64,000 nucleotides of DNA from Spirochaetia bacterium (GTDB lineage: Bacteria > Spirochaetota > Spirochaetia > UBA9216): the NCBI GenBank assembly GCA_963677925.2, contig CAXXYH010000004.1, positions 2,368,001 through 2,432,000 on the forward strand, in the 5' to 3' direction. This document shows positions 1 to 9,658 of the stretch, in pieces. Each line of letters begins with the position of its first letter. The first letter of the stretch is position 1. The notes under the pieces are model-generated. The model was not told the origin of the DNA, ran no database searches, and saw only the letters and a program-made list of their open reading frames with translations. The position numbers and the translations under genes were made by a program.

Positions 1-2
1 AA

Positions 3-1370
3 GGTGAAACAGAGTTCAGCTACCATGGAAAGTACCGGATAATACATGCCGTAGATCCTGACACAGCTGAAGGTTTTGATGCGGATATTTTTATAATTGA
101 ACCTGAGGCCGCTGTTGATCATATCGATAACCTAAGAAGGATGATTTCCGGATATCTTGAAGCTTTTTATGGTTATTCAGGTAAAAACGCTGATACTCTT
201 GCCTTTTTTATTACTGTGTATAATGCCGTCCACAGGCAGGATAACGAATATTTTTCTGCAAATTATAAATCAGTTGTAACCGATAAACTTTCTGATGATA
301 AGACCGGCTTATCCCTGTCTTATCGTGACTGGCCTGGTAAATCGATGCTTGTGATTCCTCTTACGCCGGCAGCTGGCACTGGAGTTCTTGGAGATCTTGC
401 TTCCGATGTTTTGACCGAAGATGCTGTAATAGGTGTCATGAAGTCGGAAGACGGTATGGGGCTTGATGAAAGAAAGGATATGGTGGATCTCAAAGAGCAG
501 GAGATAGCCGAGGAACGGGCGAAGATTGAAGAGGAAAAGCAGGCAATTGAAGCACAGAAACAGGAAATTTCAGAAAAGCAGGCAGAACTGCAGCAGGAGG
601 CTGATGCGCTGAAGGACGACAGCTCGGCTGAAGCAGTCGAGCGAAAAGATGATATAGCTCGGGAGCAGCAGTCACTTGATGAGGAGGCTGAGAAGCTTGC
701 CGAGGATGAGCAGGCTGTTCAGGATAAGGAAGATACTGTAGCTGCCCGTGAGGAGACAGTGATAGCTGAAAGAGAAGAAATTGCGGCTGATCAGAATCAG
801 CAGATAGCCAAAGAGAACGAAGATAAACAGGCTGAGGCTGCTGCTGCAGAAAAGAAAGACAGCGGAGCTGCAGCTGGAGCTGCTGTTGAAAACGGAATTG
901 TATTTCTTAAACTTTCCGGCTCAGGTGCTGATGTTACTGGTCAGCCTGTCAGGATAAGTACAGCAACCGGACTGGTTCTGAAGGAATCCGAACTTAAAAC
1001 AATCAGAGGACGGCATATGTTTGCCGAAAAAGATTCTATTTATGCTATTGCGGGTGAAAGCGGAGCAAATCGTGTTGTATCAATAGTCAGGATAGATCCT
1101 GAAACACTTGAGCTTCTGGAAAGCGGACAGGCCGAGGTACATCCTGACAGCTATCTTCTAAAATCATCCGACGGCTTTTATGCTGTAGTGAATTACAACA
1201 GCGGATGGCGAATAGGCAGATTTGACTTCAGCCTTAAGCTTAATTCAGTTTCCGAGGAAACAGTTTTTACTTCAACATATATTCTTGAGACAGGTGAATC
1301 AATACTTGCCCAGGATAACAGGGGAAAGGTTCTTGTCATAGCAAAAAAGGAGCTGTCTGAAGCTGAGTGA
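3..1370 (+). CDS. P83/100 family protein (5'-truncated by window edge)
   Basis: Frame is open from base 3 (GETEFSYHGKYRIIHAVD...DADIFIIEPEAAVDHIDNLRRMISGYL). Motifs VDHIDNLRR, FITVYNAV and GLSLSYRDWPG plus a long acidic coiled coil match spirochete P83/100. Confidence 0.85.
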   Translation, partial: GETEFSYHGKYRIIHAVDPDTAEGFDADIFIIEPEAAVDHIDNLRRMISGYLEAFYGYSGKNADTLAFFITVYNAVHRQDNEYFSANYKSVVTDKLSDDKTGLSLSYRDWPGKSMLVIPLTPAAGTGVLGDLASDVLTEDAVIGVMKSEDGMGLDERKDMVDLKEQEIAEERAKIEEEKQAIEAQKQEISEKQAELQQEADALKDDSSAEAVERKDDIAREQQSLDEEAEKLAEDEQAVQDKEDTVAAREETVIAEREEIAADQNQQIAKENEDKQAEAAAAEKKDSGAAAGAAVENGIVFLKLSGSGADVTGQPVRISTATGLVLKESELKTIRGRHMFAEKDSIYAIAGESGANRVVSIVRIDPETLELLESGQAEVHPDSYLLKSSDGFYAVVNYNSGWRIGRFDFSLKLNSVSEETVFTSTYILETGESILAQDNRGKVLVIAKKELSEAE

Positions 1371-1411
1371 ATGCAGGTTAAGTACTTTTGCTTGCGACTT
1401 TGAGGAAGGTA

Positions 1412-1816
1412 TTATTTTTTAAGCTGTGTAAGGCGCTTTTTAATCTTAAGGATTAAAGCGCCCAGCCAGTTGATAAGCTTTCTGAAAAACCCGGGGTTAT
1501 TAAGCCTGTCAAGCATTTCAAAGGCATCCCCGGCTTCATCTGTTGTAAAGGCTTTCCGGAAAATATTTTCATCTATCTCAAGTTCAAGGCTTTCAATTTT
1601 ATCAGGCTGTTCAATTATGCGTACAGGAACAGTTTCCCAGCCGAGAAATTTAACAGCCTGCAGACGCCTTTCGCCGGCAATCAGTACTTTTTTATCTGTA
1701 ACCAGAATAGGATTCATGAGGCCGTGCTTTTCAATGGAGCGGGCAAGTGATTCAATATCGCCTAGATCTCTGCGTATTCTTTTTTTTACAACAATCTCAT
1801 CAATCTTCAGCTGCAT
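1412..1816 (-). CDS. Short ParB/Srx N-terminal (CTPase) domain protein
   Basis: GLMNPI...LIAGERRLQA box and EIDENI.R motif; no HTH or dimerisation domain. Confidence 0.85.
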   Translation of the reverse strand: MQLKIDEIVVKKRIRRDLGDIESLARSIEKHGLMNPILVTDKKVLIAGERRLQAVKFLGWETVPVRIIEQPDKIESLELEIDENIFRKAFTTDEAGDAFEMLDRLNNPGFFRKLINWLGALILKIKKRLTQLKK

Positions 1817-1822
1817 ATTTAC

Positions 1823-1850
1823 AGTATATCTACAGCCTTAAAAAAAACAA
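1823..1850 (-). promoter_or_regulatory. sigma70-type promoter, leaderless, for the ParB-like gene
   Basis: TTGTTT-16-TATACT, 6 nt before ATG; no SD. Confidence 0.5.
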
Positions 1851-1885
1851 GTATTTTTTAGCATAGGAAACATCCGGCACCGCTT

Positions 1886-4399
1886 CTAATCAAGAAGCGG
1901 ATTGTAATCCGGATTACTGTCTGTTGTGCCGCTGTCTGTACCTGTTCCTGAACTAGAGTCCAGTAGAAAATCAGGCAGATCCAGCTCAATATTGTCGATA
2001 TTGTAAAGCGGTACATCCTCTATAAGCAGGTTGTTCTGAAGCCTCTGAAGCAGTTCTTCATCACGCTGTTTTTCAAATTTGTGAATATCACATGTTTTTT
2101 TAGGTTCTGTTCCAACCAGGAAGATCTCATCTATCGTACCGTCATCGCAGTCGTTTGTAGGGAGAAGTCCTGAAACGCTGCAGACTTTTACACGTATGAG
2201 TCCTGATTCCGGTTCAGGGAATTCCTTAATCGGAAGATCTTCATGAATCGATTTCATGTATCGGACCCACCAGTGGCCGGTTGCAGTTGAGCCGGTAAGA
2301 TATCTGCCGAGTGAAATTCCCGGAGTATCAAAGCCGAACCACATTGCAGTTGTATAGTAGGGTGAAAATCCGAGTGTCCAGGCATCCTGCCAGTTCTGTG
2401 TGGTTCCTGTTTTTCCTGCCATCGGCATTCCGTCGAAACCGTCGATTTCTCTGGTTCGGTTGTGCAGTGTTCCCCCGTACATTTGAACGGTGCTCTGCAG
2501 CATATCAGTCATTATGTAGGCTTCCTGCGGAGTCATTATCTGATCCTCGCCCTTATTCTTCTGTTTCTCTCTCAGGCGTTCTTTTTCCGGCTCCAGGATT
2601 ATATTGCCCTGACGATCTTCAACACTGATGATAGCAAGGGGAACCACTTCTTTTCCCTGATTAGGGAAGGTGGCAAAGGCTCTTGCCATATTGATTGGAG
2701 CAAGAGCTGTAACACCAAGCCCAAGAGGGAAGCCCCTGGGAAAGAGTGTTTCATCATTCCGTTTGTCATAAAGTCCGGTCATTCTTGATATTCTTTCAAT
2801 TGCAGCATCGAAGCCGATTTTTTCAAGAACCTGGAGCGATGGTACATTCATTGAAGTAGCAAGTGCATATCTGGCTCTTACTGAACCCTCCCAGTCACCA
2901 AGATAGTTCAAAGGTTCATATGGATTGCCGGCCTCGTCAAAGAATACTATCGGGCCGTCATAGAGCCTGGTTGCAGGTGTGATTTTCCTTGCTGATATAG
3001 CGGCAGAATAATAAAGCGGTTTTATTGAGGACCCAGGCCCTACAGTGGCATCAACCGCCCTGTTGTACTGCTTTGTTTCAAAGTCCGAACCGCCTATCAT
3101 TGAGAGAATTCGTCCGGTGTTGTTTTCAAGTGTTATAAGAGCGCCTTCAACTGTTGTTTTCTGGCTTCTTTGTTTTTCCTTCTTGAATCCTGCCATCGTG
3201 GCTTTGTTCAGGTCGCTGAGGCCGAACATCGACGAAATCATGTAAAGTGAAGAGTTTAGGGAGTCGTAGTAATAATCTGTAGCAGCAGATTTCTGTTTTG
3301 CTCCGGTTACCCTGATATCGTCAATATTAAAGGTTAATGAAAGGAGATCGACTATTCCTACAAACTGGTTATTGACTATATCGTAGCGCTGATCGGAATA
3401 ATACCGGTATCTGTCATTGATGTCGATGTAGGCGTCATCCATTATTGACTGAGCTTTCTGCTGAATGCCCAGATCAAGAGTTGTATGTACAACATAACCG
3501 TCTTTATTTACGTCGACTGCGCCGTAGAGCATATCGTTAAGCTGAAGACGCACATACTCACTGAAATAGGGAGCAAGGCTGTCATTATCAAAGTAGGCGC
3601 TTGCGATGTTTGAACGGCTGTAGTCAAAATTGTCCCAGTATTCCGCGAAAGAATTATCCGCCTGTTCCCTTGTGCAGTAGCCGAGTTCAACCATGTGATT
3701 AAGAACGTCGATCTGTCTGTCGCGCGCCGTATCAGGATGATTGATTGGGGAATAAAGGGCCGGACTTGCGAGCTGTATTACCAGGATTGCGGATTCCGCA
3801 AGAGTAATATCACGCGCGGAATGCCCGAAATAGAACTGGGAAGCTGATTCAACACCATAGGTATTGTGTCCGAAATATACTTCATTCATATATATTTCAA
3901 GAATTTCATTTTTGGTTAGAGCCTTTTCTATCTGAAAGGCATACCAGACCTCTTTTATCTTTCGTTTTATCGAGATCTCTGATCTGTCGGCATAGTGGGC
4001 ACCTGCTACCTGCATGGTGAGGGTACTGAATCCGGAAAAATAATTACCGGCCACTATATTGTAGACAGCTCTGAAGAAGTGCTTAAAGCTTAATCCGTTG
4101 TGTTCATAGAAGTTTGCATCTTCACGGCTTAAAAGGGCGTATATAAGGTGTTTGGGCAGTTCCTCAACCGGTACTATTTCACGTTTCTCATCAGAGAAAA
4201 GTTCTGTTATCAAATCTCCATTCCGGTCAAGTATCTGTGTCGGCAGAGCCGGTTCATAGTTCTGCAGATCAGCCCGGATGTCTGTATTTTTAATTGTGCT
4301 GAGGGTTTTCCCGAGTACAACGCCTAACAGGACCGCAAGTATCACACAAACAGCAAGAACTACTTCTATAGTTCTGCGTTTTTTCTTATTGGAAACCAT
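1886..4399 (-). CDS. Class A penicillin-binding protein (PBP1A family)
   Basis: N-terminal TM; transglycosylase motifs EDANFYEHNG, STLTMQ and RKIKE; transpeptidase motifs SSIK, SMN and KTGT. Confidence 0.95.
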   Translation of the reverse strand: MVSNKKKRRTIEVVLAVCVILAVLLGVVLGKTLSTIKNTDIRADLQNYEPALPTQILDRNGDLITELFSDEKREIVPVEELPKHLIYALLSREDANFYEHNGLSFKHFFRAVYNIVAGNYFSGFSTLTMQVAGAHYADRSEISIKRKIKEVWYAFQIEKALTKNEILEIYMNEVYFGHNTYGVESASQFYFGHSARDITLAESAILVIQLASPALYSPINHPDTARDRQIDVLNHMVELGYCTREQADNSFAEYWDNFDYSRSNIASAYFDNDSLAPYFSEYVRLQLNDMLYGAVDVNKDGYVVHTTLDLGIQQKAQSIMDDAYIDINDRYRYYSDQRYDIVNNQFVGIVDLLSLTFNIDDIRVTGAKQKSAATDYYYDSLNSSLYMISSMFGLSDLNKATMAGFKKEKQRSQKTTVEGALITLENNTGRILSMIGGSDFETKQYNRAVDATVGPGSSIKPLYYSAAISARKITPATRLYDGPIVFFDEAGNPYEPLNYLGDWEGSVRARYALATSMNVPSLQVLEKIGFDAAIERISRMTGLYDKRNDETLFPRGFPLGLGVTALAPINMARAFATFPNQGKEVVPLAIISVEDRQGNIILEPEKERLREKQKNKGEDQIMTPQEAYIMTDMLQSTVQMYGGTLHNRTREIDGFDGMPMAGKTGTTQNWQDAWTLGFSPYYTTAMWFGFDTPGISLGRYLTGSTATGHWWVRYMKSIHEDLPIKEFPEPESGLIRVKVCSVSGLLPTNDCDDGTIDEIFLVGTEPKKTCDIHKFEKQRDEELLQRLQNNLLIEDVPLYNIDNIELDLPDFLLDSSSGTGTDSGTTDSNPDYNPLLD

Positions 4400-4405
4400 G
4401 AGATT

Positions 4406-4434
4406 ACAGTAGGGGCATGGAGGACTTTTGTCAA
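4406..4434 (-). promoter_or_regulatory. sigma70 promoter, leaderless, for PBP1A
   Basis: TTGACA-17-TACTGT, 6 nt before ATG; no SD. Confidence 0.65.
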
Positions 4435-4447
4435 TACTGGATGGTGT

Positions 4448-4481
4448 AAAAAAAGGGGCCGGACTGCTGGGCAGGCCGGCC
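4448..4481 (-). terminator. Rho-independent terminator
   Basis: Minus strand reads GGCCGGCCTGC-CCA-GCAGTCCGGCC-CC-TTTTTTT. Confidence 0.75.
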
Positions 4482-4539
4482 GAAAATGTGTCGGTAAATA
4501 TAGTAAACTGGGAGGGGAACTATATTAAGCCCCGACACA
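4448..4539 (-). ncRNA. Candidate small RNA with a C-rich (anti-SD) loop
   Basis: Stem TGTGTCGG/CCGACACA with inner stem AATATAGT/ACTATATT enclosing loop UCCCCUCCCAGUUU, followed by a GC hairpin and U7; sigma28-type promoter directly upstream. Confidence 0.55.
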
Positions 4540-4543
4540 ATTA

Positions 4544-4570
4544 TTATCGACTTCTGTTTAAAAAGATTTA
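4544..4570 (-). promoter_or_regulatory. sigma28 (FliA)-type promoter
   Basis: TAAA-N15-GTCGATAA against consensus TAAA-N15-GCCGATAA (one mismatch). Confidence 0.6.
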
Positions 4571-5554
4571 GTTCTCTTCTACAAAAATATCAAGAAACAG
4601 TGAAATTTTACAGTCTTTTCCGGGTGTTACAGTGATTTTTTTGCTTATTTTGTAATCACCGTATTTAATGAGCACAACATGCTCTCCGGGCGGCAGTTCA
4701 AGCGTCTTTCCGGCAGGATATTCAATTTTCTCTCCATCGATGAAAACATCGGAATTTTCCGGAACATCGAGCATTGCCCTGCTTTTCAGCATCTCAGGCT
4801 CAAGATTAAGCTGAAGTGTTTCTCCCTTGCGTATCGTGACAGTCTTGCGGAGAGGCGCAGCTCCTTCCATATCGAGACTGACGGTATGTGTACCGGTTTT
4901 CAGGGTAACTGTTTTATCTGAAGCAGCAAGGCGGCTGTTATCCACTCTTAGTGTATATTCAGCATTTGACAGGCTGTCAGGTGTGTTTATGGAGATATTA
5001 AGGTTTCCTGAATCGCTGAGAACAGGGCTTACACTGATTTCAAAACTGCTTGAATACAAGCTTGAAGGAAAACCTTTCATCAGCGGCAGTATCGTAAACA
5101 TCACAGGAAGATCAGCCCTGGTGAGAGGACTGGAGAGGACTGTTGTATACGGGGATGTTTCAGTTTCAAGTTTATTAAGGTAGGGAACCTGTATAAATAT
5201 TTTTGCGGAATTGGAAAGAAAAAGCGTTTCGTACTTGCTTCCGTAGAATGTTCCGATACCGGTACTTACTTCCGGTGAAATCCGTTTGTAGATGCTCAGG
5301 GCAAAGCTGTTGCTGTAATCTCTGAGATCTGAAGGCAGTTTCAGTTCGACTTCAAAGCCTTCGACAAAGCCGGATGCAGGATCTACGGTTACCGCGAAAA
5401 CATCTTCAATATTCATTAAAAAAGAAACAGCTTCACCGGATGAAGAATCAGAAAGAGAAATGCTTTCTACGACCTTTCCCCTGATATTTTCGCCGTAGGC
5501 CGCCGCAGCTGAGTAGATTATTATCAGAATTAGTGCCGAAAGTTTTCTTTTCAT
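4568..5554 (-). CDS. Secreted PEGA-domain protein
   Basis: Signal peptide; C-terminal PEGA-like repeats (VFIDG...LPPGEHVV; LKTGTHTV). Confidence 0.7.
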   Translation of the reverse strand: MKRKLSALILIIIYSAAAAYGENIRGKVVESISLSDSSSGEAVSFLMNIEDVFAVTVDPASGFVEGFEVELKLPSDLRDYSNSFALSIYKRISPEVSTGIGTFYGSKYETLFLSNSAKIFIQVPYLNKLETETSPYTTVLSSPLTRADLPVMFTILPLMKGFPSSLYSSSFEISVSPVLSDSGNLNISINTPDSLSNAEYTLRVDNSRLAASDKTVTLKTGTHTVSLDMEGAAPLRKTVTIRKGETLQLNLEPEMLKSRAMLDVPENSDVFIDGEKIEYPAGKTLELPPGEHVVLIKYGDYKISKKITVTPGKDCKISLFLDIFVEEN

Positions 5555-6504
5555 TACTTCAGACCGGGTGTCAGAACAGATGGATCCCTTGAAGCTCCGC
5601 TCCGCCGAATCTCAAAATGCAGATGAGGTCCTGTGGAACGGCCGGTAGTTCCGACTTCCGCTATCATCATAGTTGAATTTACTTTATAGTGCAACTCAAC
5701 AAAAATTTTATTTAGGTGGCCGTAAAAGGTGCTGTATCCGCCGCTATGTTCTATGAGAATATAATTTCCGAATGTTTCATTATAGCCTGTGTCTGTAACT
5801 TCTCCCTCCCGTGCCGCGTATACGGGAGTTCCTTCCGGAGCGGCGATGTCTATTCCGTCATGAAAGGTAGGATGCCCTGAGAAGGGATTTTTCCGCATTC
5901 CGTATCCGGAGCTTACAATTCCGTCAGGCAGGGGGTTGGAGAATAGAATTCCAAGAAAATAGGCACGTTCAATGCTGTGAAATGATTCACCGTGTATAAA
6001 ATAGAAATCTTTCAGTTCAGATTCAGAACCGGAATCAGATGCAGGCATATAAATACGGATCTCGTTTTCATCGGTAAATGAGGCCATTCTCCATGAATGA
6101 AAAATGAAATCCAGATCCTTTGATGGTTTCTCCGGGATGAACAGTCCCGGCTGGCCGGGAATCAGCAGTTTTCTGCCGGCGAGGTATTCTGTTGAACTGT
6201 ATATTCCGTTTATGGTTGCAATGCTCTCATAGCTCAGGCCGGCGGCAGCTGCTATTGAAAAGACTGTATCACCTGCTTCCGCTGTATATTCATAAAGCAT
6301 TAACGGAGGCAGGTCTTTTCGGGAGGCGGCTGCACGGTGGTAAAAGGAGATATCCTCCTGCAGCTGTCTGAAGTAGATATCATTGAAAACCAGTTTCCGG
6401 ATAACCGGATAGCGGTCTGCTGCGGCGGTTGCCGGGAAGATAATTGCTGTTAACAGAAGGATTGAGATTACCATGTGCTTCGGAAAATTCCGGAAGAAAA
6501 GCAT
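5554..6504 (-). CDS. LysM + M23 family metallopeptidase
   Basis: LysM-like YTAEAGDTVFSIA; M23 motifs HDGID, YGHL and GPHLHFE. Confidence 0.92.
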   Translation of the reverse strand: MLFFRNFPKHMVISILLLTAIIFPATAAADRYPVIRKLVFNDIYFRQLQEDISFYHRAAASRKDLPPLMLYEYTAEAGDTVFSIAAAAGLSYESIATINGIYSSTEYLAGRKLLIPGQPGLFIPEKPSKDLDFIFHSWRMASFTDENEIRIYMPASDSGSESELKDFYFIHGESFHSIERAYFLGILFSNPLPDGIVSSGYGMRKNPFSGHPTFHDGIDIAAPEGTPVYAAREGEVTDTGYNETFGNYILIEHSGGYSTFYGHLNKIFVELHYKVNSTMMIAEVGTTGRSTGPHLHFEIRRSGASRDPSVLTPGLK

Positions 6505-6618
6505 ATGAAATTATGCAGTAAATATTGCAGATTTACAAGCTTGCGTCATTTTTTAATATTATTTCATTTGCTTGGTGCCGATATTAGAAAAAGCGGTTAT
6601 AATAGAAAGGCGATGTCG

Positions 6619-6647
6619 TTGACAGCATTCGCTCATAGAATTACAAT
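6619..6647 (+). promoter_or_regulatory. sigma70 promoter for the cNMP-TPR/Crp/queH operon
   Basis: TTGACA-17-TACAAT. Confidence 0.7.
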
Positions 6648-6674
6648 CCGCATAGTGAGAAAGTAACGGGAGAT

Positions 6675-7688
6675 GTGATGCCGAAGCCGGTCCGATACAA
6701 AGCGAATTCAATTGTATATTTCAAAGGTGACTCAAATGACTCAGTCTATATCCTGAAGTCGGGATCCGTCATCCTGAAATATATTGATATTGAAACAGGG
6801 CAGGAACTTCAGGATATCATAAGTACCGGTGAGTTTTTCGGTGTAAAATCGGCTCTTGGCAAGTACCCGAGGGAGGAAACTGCTTTTGTTGCCCGCGACT
6901 CTGAAATGCTTGCTTTTACTGTTCCTGAGTTTGAACAGATTGTAATGCAGAATACCAGAATCATTATGAAGATGCTCAAGGTTTTTTCCAACCAGCTCCG
7001 CAGGATTCACAAGCAGCTTAGTAATCTGATTTCTACCGGAGAGGCTGAGGATCCTGAAACGGGTCTTTTCAAAATAGGCACATATTACCAGCAGTGCGGA
7101 AAAAATGTTCAGGCTCTTTATGCCTTTCGAAGATATCTTACTTACTATCCCTCCGGTAAATATGCGAATTCTGCAAGTGAGAACCTTCAGAGGGTTGAAA
7201 TACTTATTCAGACTGCGCCAAAAGCAGGTGCAGGATCTTCCGCACCTGCAGGTATTCAGGTATCACCAGGCGCGCCTCAGGAAAAGGGCACCACCGGCGG
7301 TACTATGTCTGAAACTGCAAAGGATTATTACCAGGGCGTGAATCTTTTCAGCAGGGAAAAGTACAATGATGCCCTGAATATCTTCAAGAAAGTTATAACC
7401 TCCGGTACAGAAAGTGAATATCAGGCAAAATCCCAGTTTGAGGTTGGGCGCTGTCTTTTTGCGATGAATAATTTTGACACCTGTATCAAGCATTTTTCCG
7501 CGATGATTCAGAAATATCCGAAACATCCCGATATGCTTGAAGCTCTTTTCTGTGTAGGAAACTGCTATGAAAAAAAGGAAGATTCAGATAAGGCTGCAGG
7601 TTTTTATAAAAAGATTTTAGCAATGGCCACTGACGGCACTCCTATTCACAGGAAGGCCACCAAGGCTCTTAACGGTTTGGAAGGATAA
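6675..7688 (+). CDS. Cyclic nucleotide-binding domain + TPR protein
   Basis: GEFFG...PREETA phosphate-binding cassette; C-terminal TPR helices. Confidence 0.85.
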   Translation: MMPKPVRYKANSIVYFKGDSNDSVYILKSGSVILKYIDIETGQELQDIISTGEFFGVKSALGKYPREETAFVARDSEMLAFTVPEFEQIVMQNTRIIMKMLKVFSNQLRRIHKQLSNLISTGEAEDPETGLFKIGTYYQQCGKNVQALYAFRRYLTYYPSGKYANSASENLQRVEILIQTAPKAGAGSSAPAGIQVSPGAPQEKGTTGGTMSETAKDYYQGVNLFSREKYNDALNIFKKVITSGTESEYQAKSQFEVGRCLFAMNNFDTCIKHFSAMIQKYPKHPDMLEALFCVGNCYEKKEDSDKAAGFYKKILAMATDGTPIHRKATKALNGLEG

Positions 7689-7693
7689 GTTTA

Positions 7694-8341
7694 ATGGCAC
7701 TTGATTTATCAGTATTCGAGAGGTTTGCAAAGACATTCCAGAAAAATGATATAATTTTCTGTGAATACGAGCCCGGTGACAATTTTTATCTTATCCAGTC
7801 AGGCAGGGTTGAGATTACAAAGATTATGGATAACATTGAAAAGACTATCGATATCCTTAATCCAGGTGAAGTGTTCGGTGAGATGGCTATTCTTGAGGAA
7901 GCTCCCAGATCCGCCACAGCCATTGCTCTTGATCATGTAAAAGTTCTTGAATTTAATCGTGAAAATTTTGAAATACTTATGATGGGAAATCCGCAGATTG
8001 CCCTTAAACTGTTGAAGCTGTTCACAAAGCGTATATACGACCAGAAGCGCCGATTCATGATTCTGACTCTGGAAGATGAGCAGGCAAGAGTTGCCGATGT
8101 TTTTCTTATGCTCAATGAGACTGGAACTGTCGAAGCACCTTCAGAGGAAGAGAGAGTATTTCACACAAGCGTTGATGATATTGCTCACTGGGGCGGAATG
8201 TCACCGGAGAAATGCAGAACCATTCTCAATCATTTTATGGTGCAGCGCCGGGTCGATATCTTTAACGACAGGATAGTTGTCCGCAATATCAGTGATTTTA
8301 TCCGATTTGTTAATTCAAGAAGGCGCAACGCCAAAGCCTGA
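7694..8341 (+). CDS. Crp/Fnr family transcriptional regulator
   Basis: GEVFGEMA...PRSATA cNMP cassette and a C-terminal HTH-like region. Confidence 0.88.
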   Translation: MALDLSVFERFAKTFQKNDIIFCEYEPGDNFYLIQSGRVEITKIMDNIEKTIDILNPGEVFGEMAILEEAPRSATAIALDHVKVLEFNRENFEILMMGNPQIALKLLKLFTKRIYDQKRRFMILTLEDEQARVADVFLMLNETGTVEAPSEEERVFHTSVDDIAHWGGMSPEKCRTILNHFMVQRRVDIFNDRIVVRNISDFIRFVNSRRRNAKA

Positions 8342-8859
8342 TGAAAAAAATACTGCTTCATACCTGCTGCGGGCCCTGTGCCACTGCATGCGTTGAGAGG
8401 CTGCTTTCTGAAGGCTGGGAAATAGATCTTTTTTTCAGCAATTCTAATATATCACCCCATGATGAGTACCTTAAAAGAGCAGAATATGCCCGCAAAACGG
8501 CGGAGCACTTCGGTACCGGATTTATTGAGGATGAGTATAATCATCAGTCCTGGCTGGAGACAGTTTCGGGCTATGAGGATGAACCAGAGAAAGGTTTGAG
8601 ATGTTCTCTGTGTTTTTCCTACAGTTTTAACCGGGCTGCTCGGAAATTCAATGAAGGCGAATATGAGGCTTTCACAACAACCCTGACGGTAAGTCCGCAT
8701 AAGATATCAAAAATTATTTTTGAACAGGGCAGAAAGTATCCAGGTTTTATCGAGATTGATTTTAAAAAGAAGAACGGATTTGCAAGAAGTCTTGAGCTTG
8801 CGGATGAGCTTGGTCTTTACAGACAGTCATACTGCGGCTGCGAGTTTTCTATCCGGTAG
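8341..8859 (+). CDS. queH: Epoxyqueuosine reductase QueH
   Basis: LLHTCCGPC, RCSLCF, TTLTVSPHK and YRQSYCGCEFS motifs. Confidence 0.92.
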   Translation: MKKILLHTCCGPCATACVERLLSEGWEIDLFFSNSNISPHDEYLKRAEYARKTAEHFGTGFIEDEYNHQSWLETVSGYEDEPEKGLRCSLCFSYSFNRAARKFNEGEYEAFTTTLTVSPHKISKIIFEQGRKYPGFIEIDFKKKNGFARSLELADELGLYRQSYCGCEFSIR

Positions 8860-8898
8860 AGCCATACATCGTTTTTTATCTTCTGCTTAAAGACCCAG

Positions 8899-9579
8899 TC
8901 AGGCTGCGGGCAGCGCAATATAAAACATGAACAGATAATGAATCACTGCTCCGGCAAGCACAAAGATATGCCATATTTCATGGAAGCCGAATTTGCCCGG
9001 TATCGGGTTCGGTTTTTCGATATAAAAAATAACGGAACCGGCCGAATACAGGATTCCTCCGATAAGTATCAGCATGATGCCTTCCATACCTATCGCAGGC
9101 ATTATATGGACCACCATTGCAATTCCTACCCATCCCATACAGACATATAGAGTATTGGTAAACCATTTAGGTACATTCGGAAAGGCGGATTTTATTGTAA
9201 TACCGGCTGCTGCAAGTGCCCATATTACTCCGAAAGTACTCCATCCCCAGGCATCCCTGCTTAAAATAAGGCACAGCGGTGTGTAGGTTCCAGCTATCAG
9301 CAGAAAAATAGCAAGATAGTCAAACAACCTGAAAAAGCCGTCCAGTTTTTTGGAATGAGAAATTCCATGATGAAAACTGCTGGCAAGGAACAGCAGTACA
9401 AGACTGAAGCCGTAGAGTGAAAAAGCCACTATGTGCCATATCTTACCGGCTGCCGCTGAAAGTGTGATAAGCAGAACCGTACCGAGCAGTGAGAAAATTG
9501 CTCCGGCCATGTGGGTGACTGTATTAATTACTTCATCAGTTACGTGGCGGCTGCCATCTTTACTTAGACTGTTTTCCAT
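8899..9579 (-). CDS. Hemolysin III / PAQR family membrane protein
   Basis: NTVTH, SSFHH, DYLAIFLLIAGTYTP and FHEIWHIFV motifs; ATG at 9579 preferred (promoter TTGTAT-17-TAATAT lies 6 nt upstream). Confidence 0.9.
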   Translation of the reverse strand: MENSLSKDGSRHVTDEVINTVTHMAGAIFSLLGTVLLITLSAAAGKIWHIVAFSLYGFSLVLLFLASSFHHGISHSKKLDGFFRLFDYLAIFLLIAGTYTPLCLILSRDAWGWSTFGVIWALAAAGITIKSAFPNVPKWFTNTLYVCMGWVGIAMVVHIMPAIGMEGIMLILIGGILYSAGSVIFYIEKPNPIPGKFGFHEIWHIFVLAGAVIHYLFMFYIALPAA

Positions 9580-9658
9580 ATTCACATATTAAGAAAAAAG
9601 CGGACTTTATACAAGAATGATATTGAGCTAAAATTGTATCGATAAACAGATATCTATA

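Noticed and set aside
480-890. Low-complexity GAA/GAG/GCT-rich stretch as a DNA repeat element
   Set aside because: It encodes the normal acidic coiled coil and Ala linker of P83/100.
6554-6584. Possible sigma28 promoter (GCCGATAT) before the cNMP-TPR gene
   Set aside because: There is no TAAA at 15-nt spacing, and a near-perfect sigma70 promoter lies downstream.
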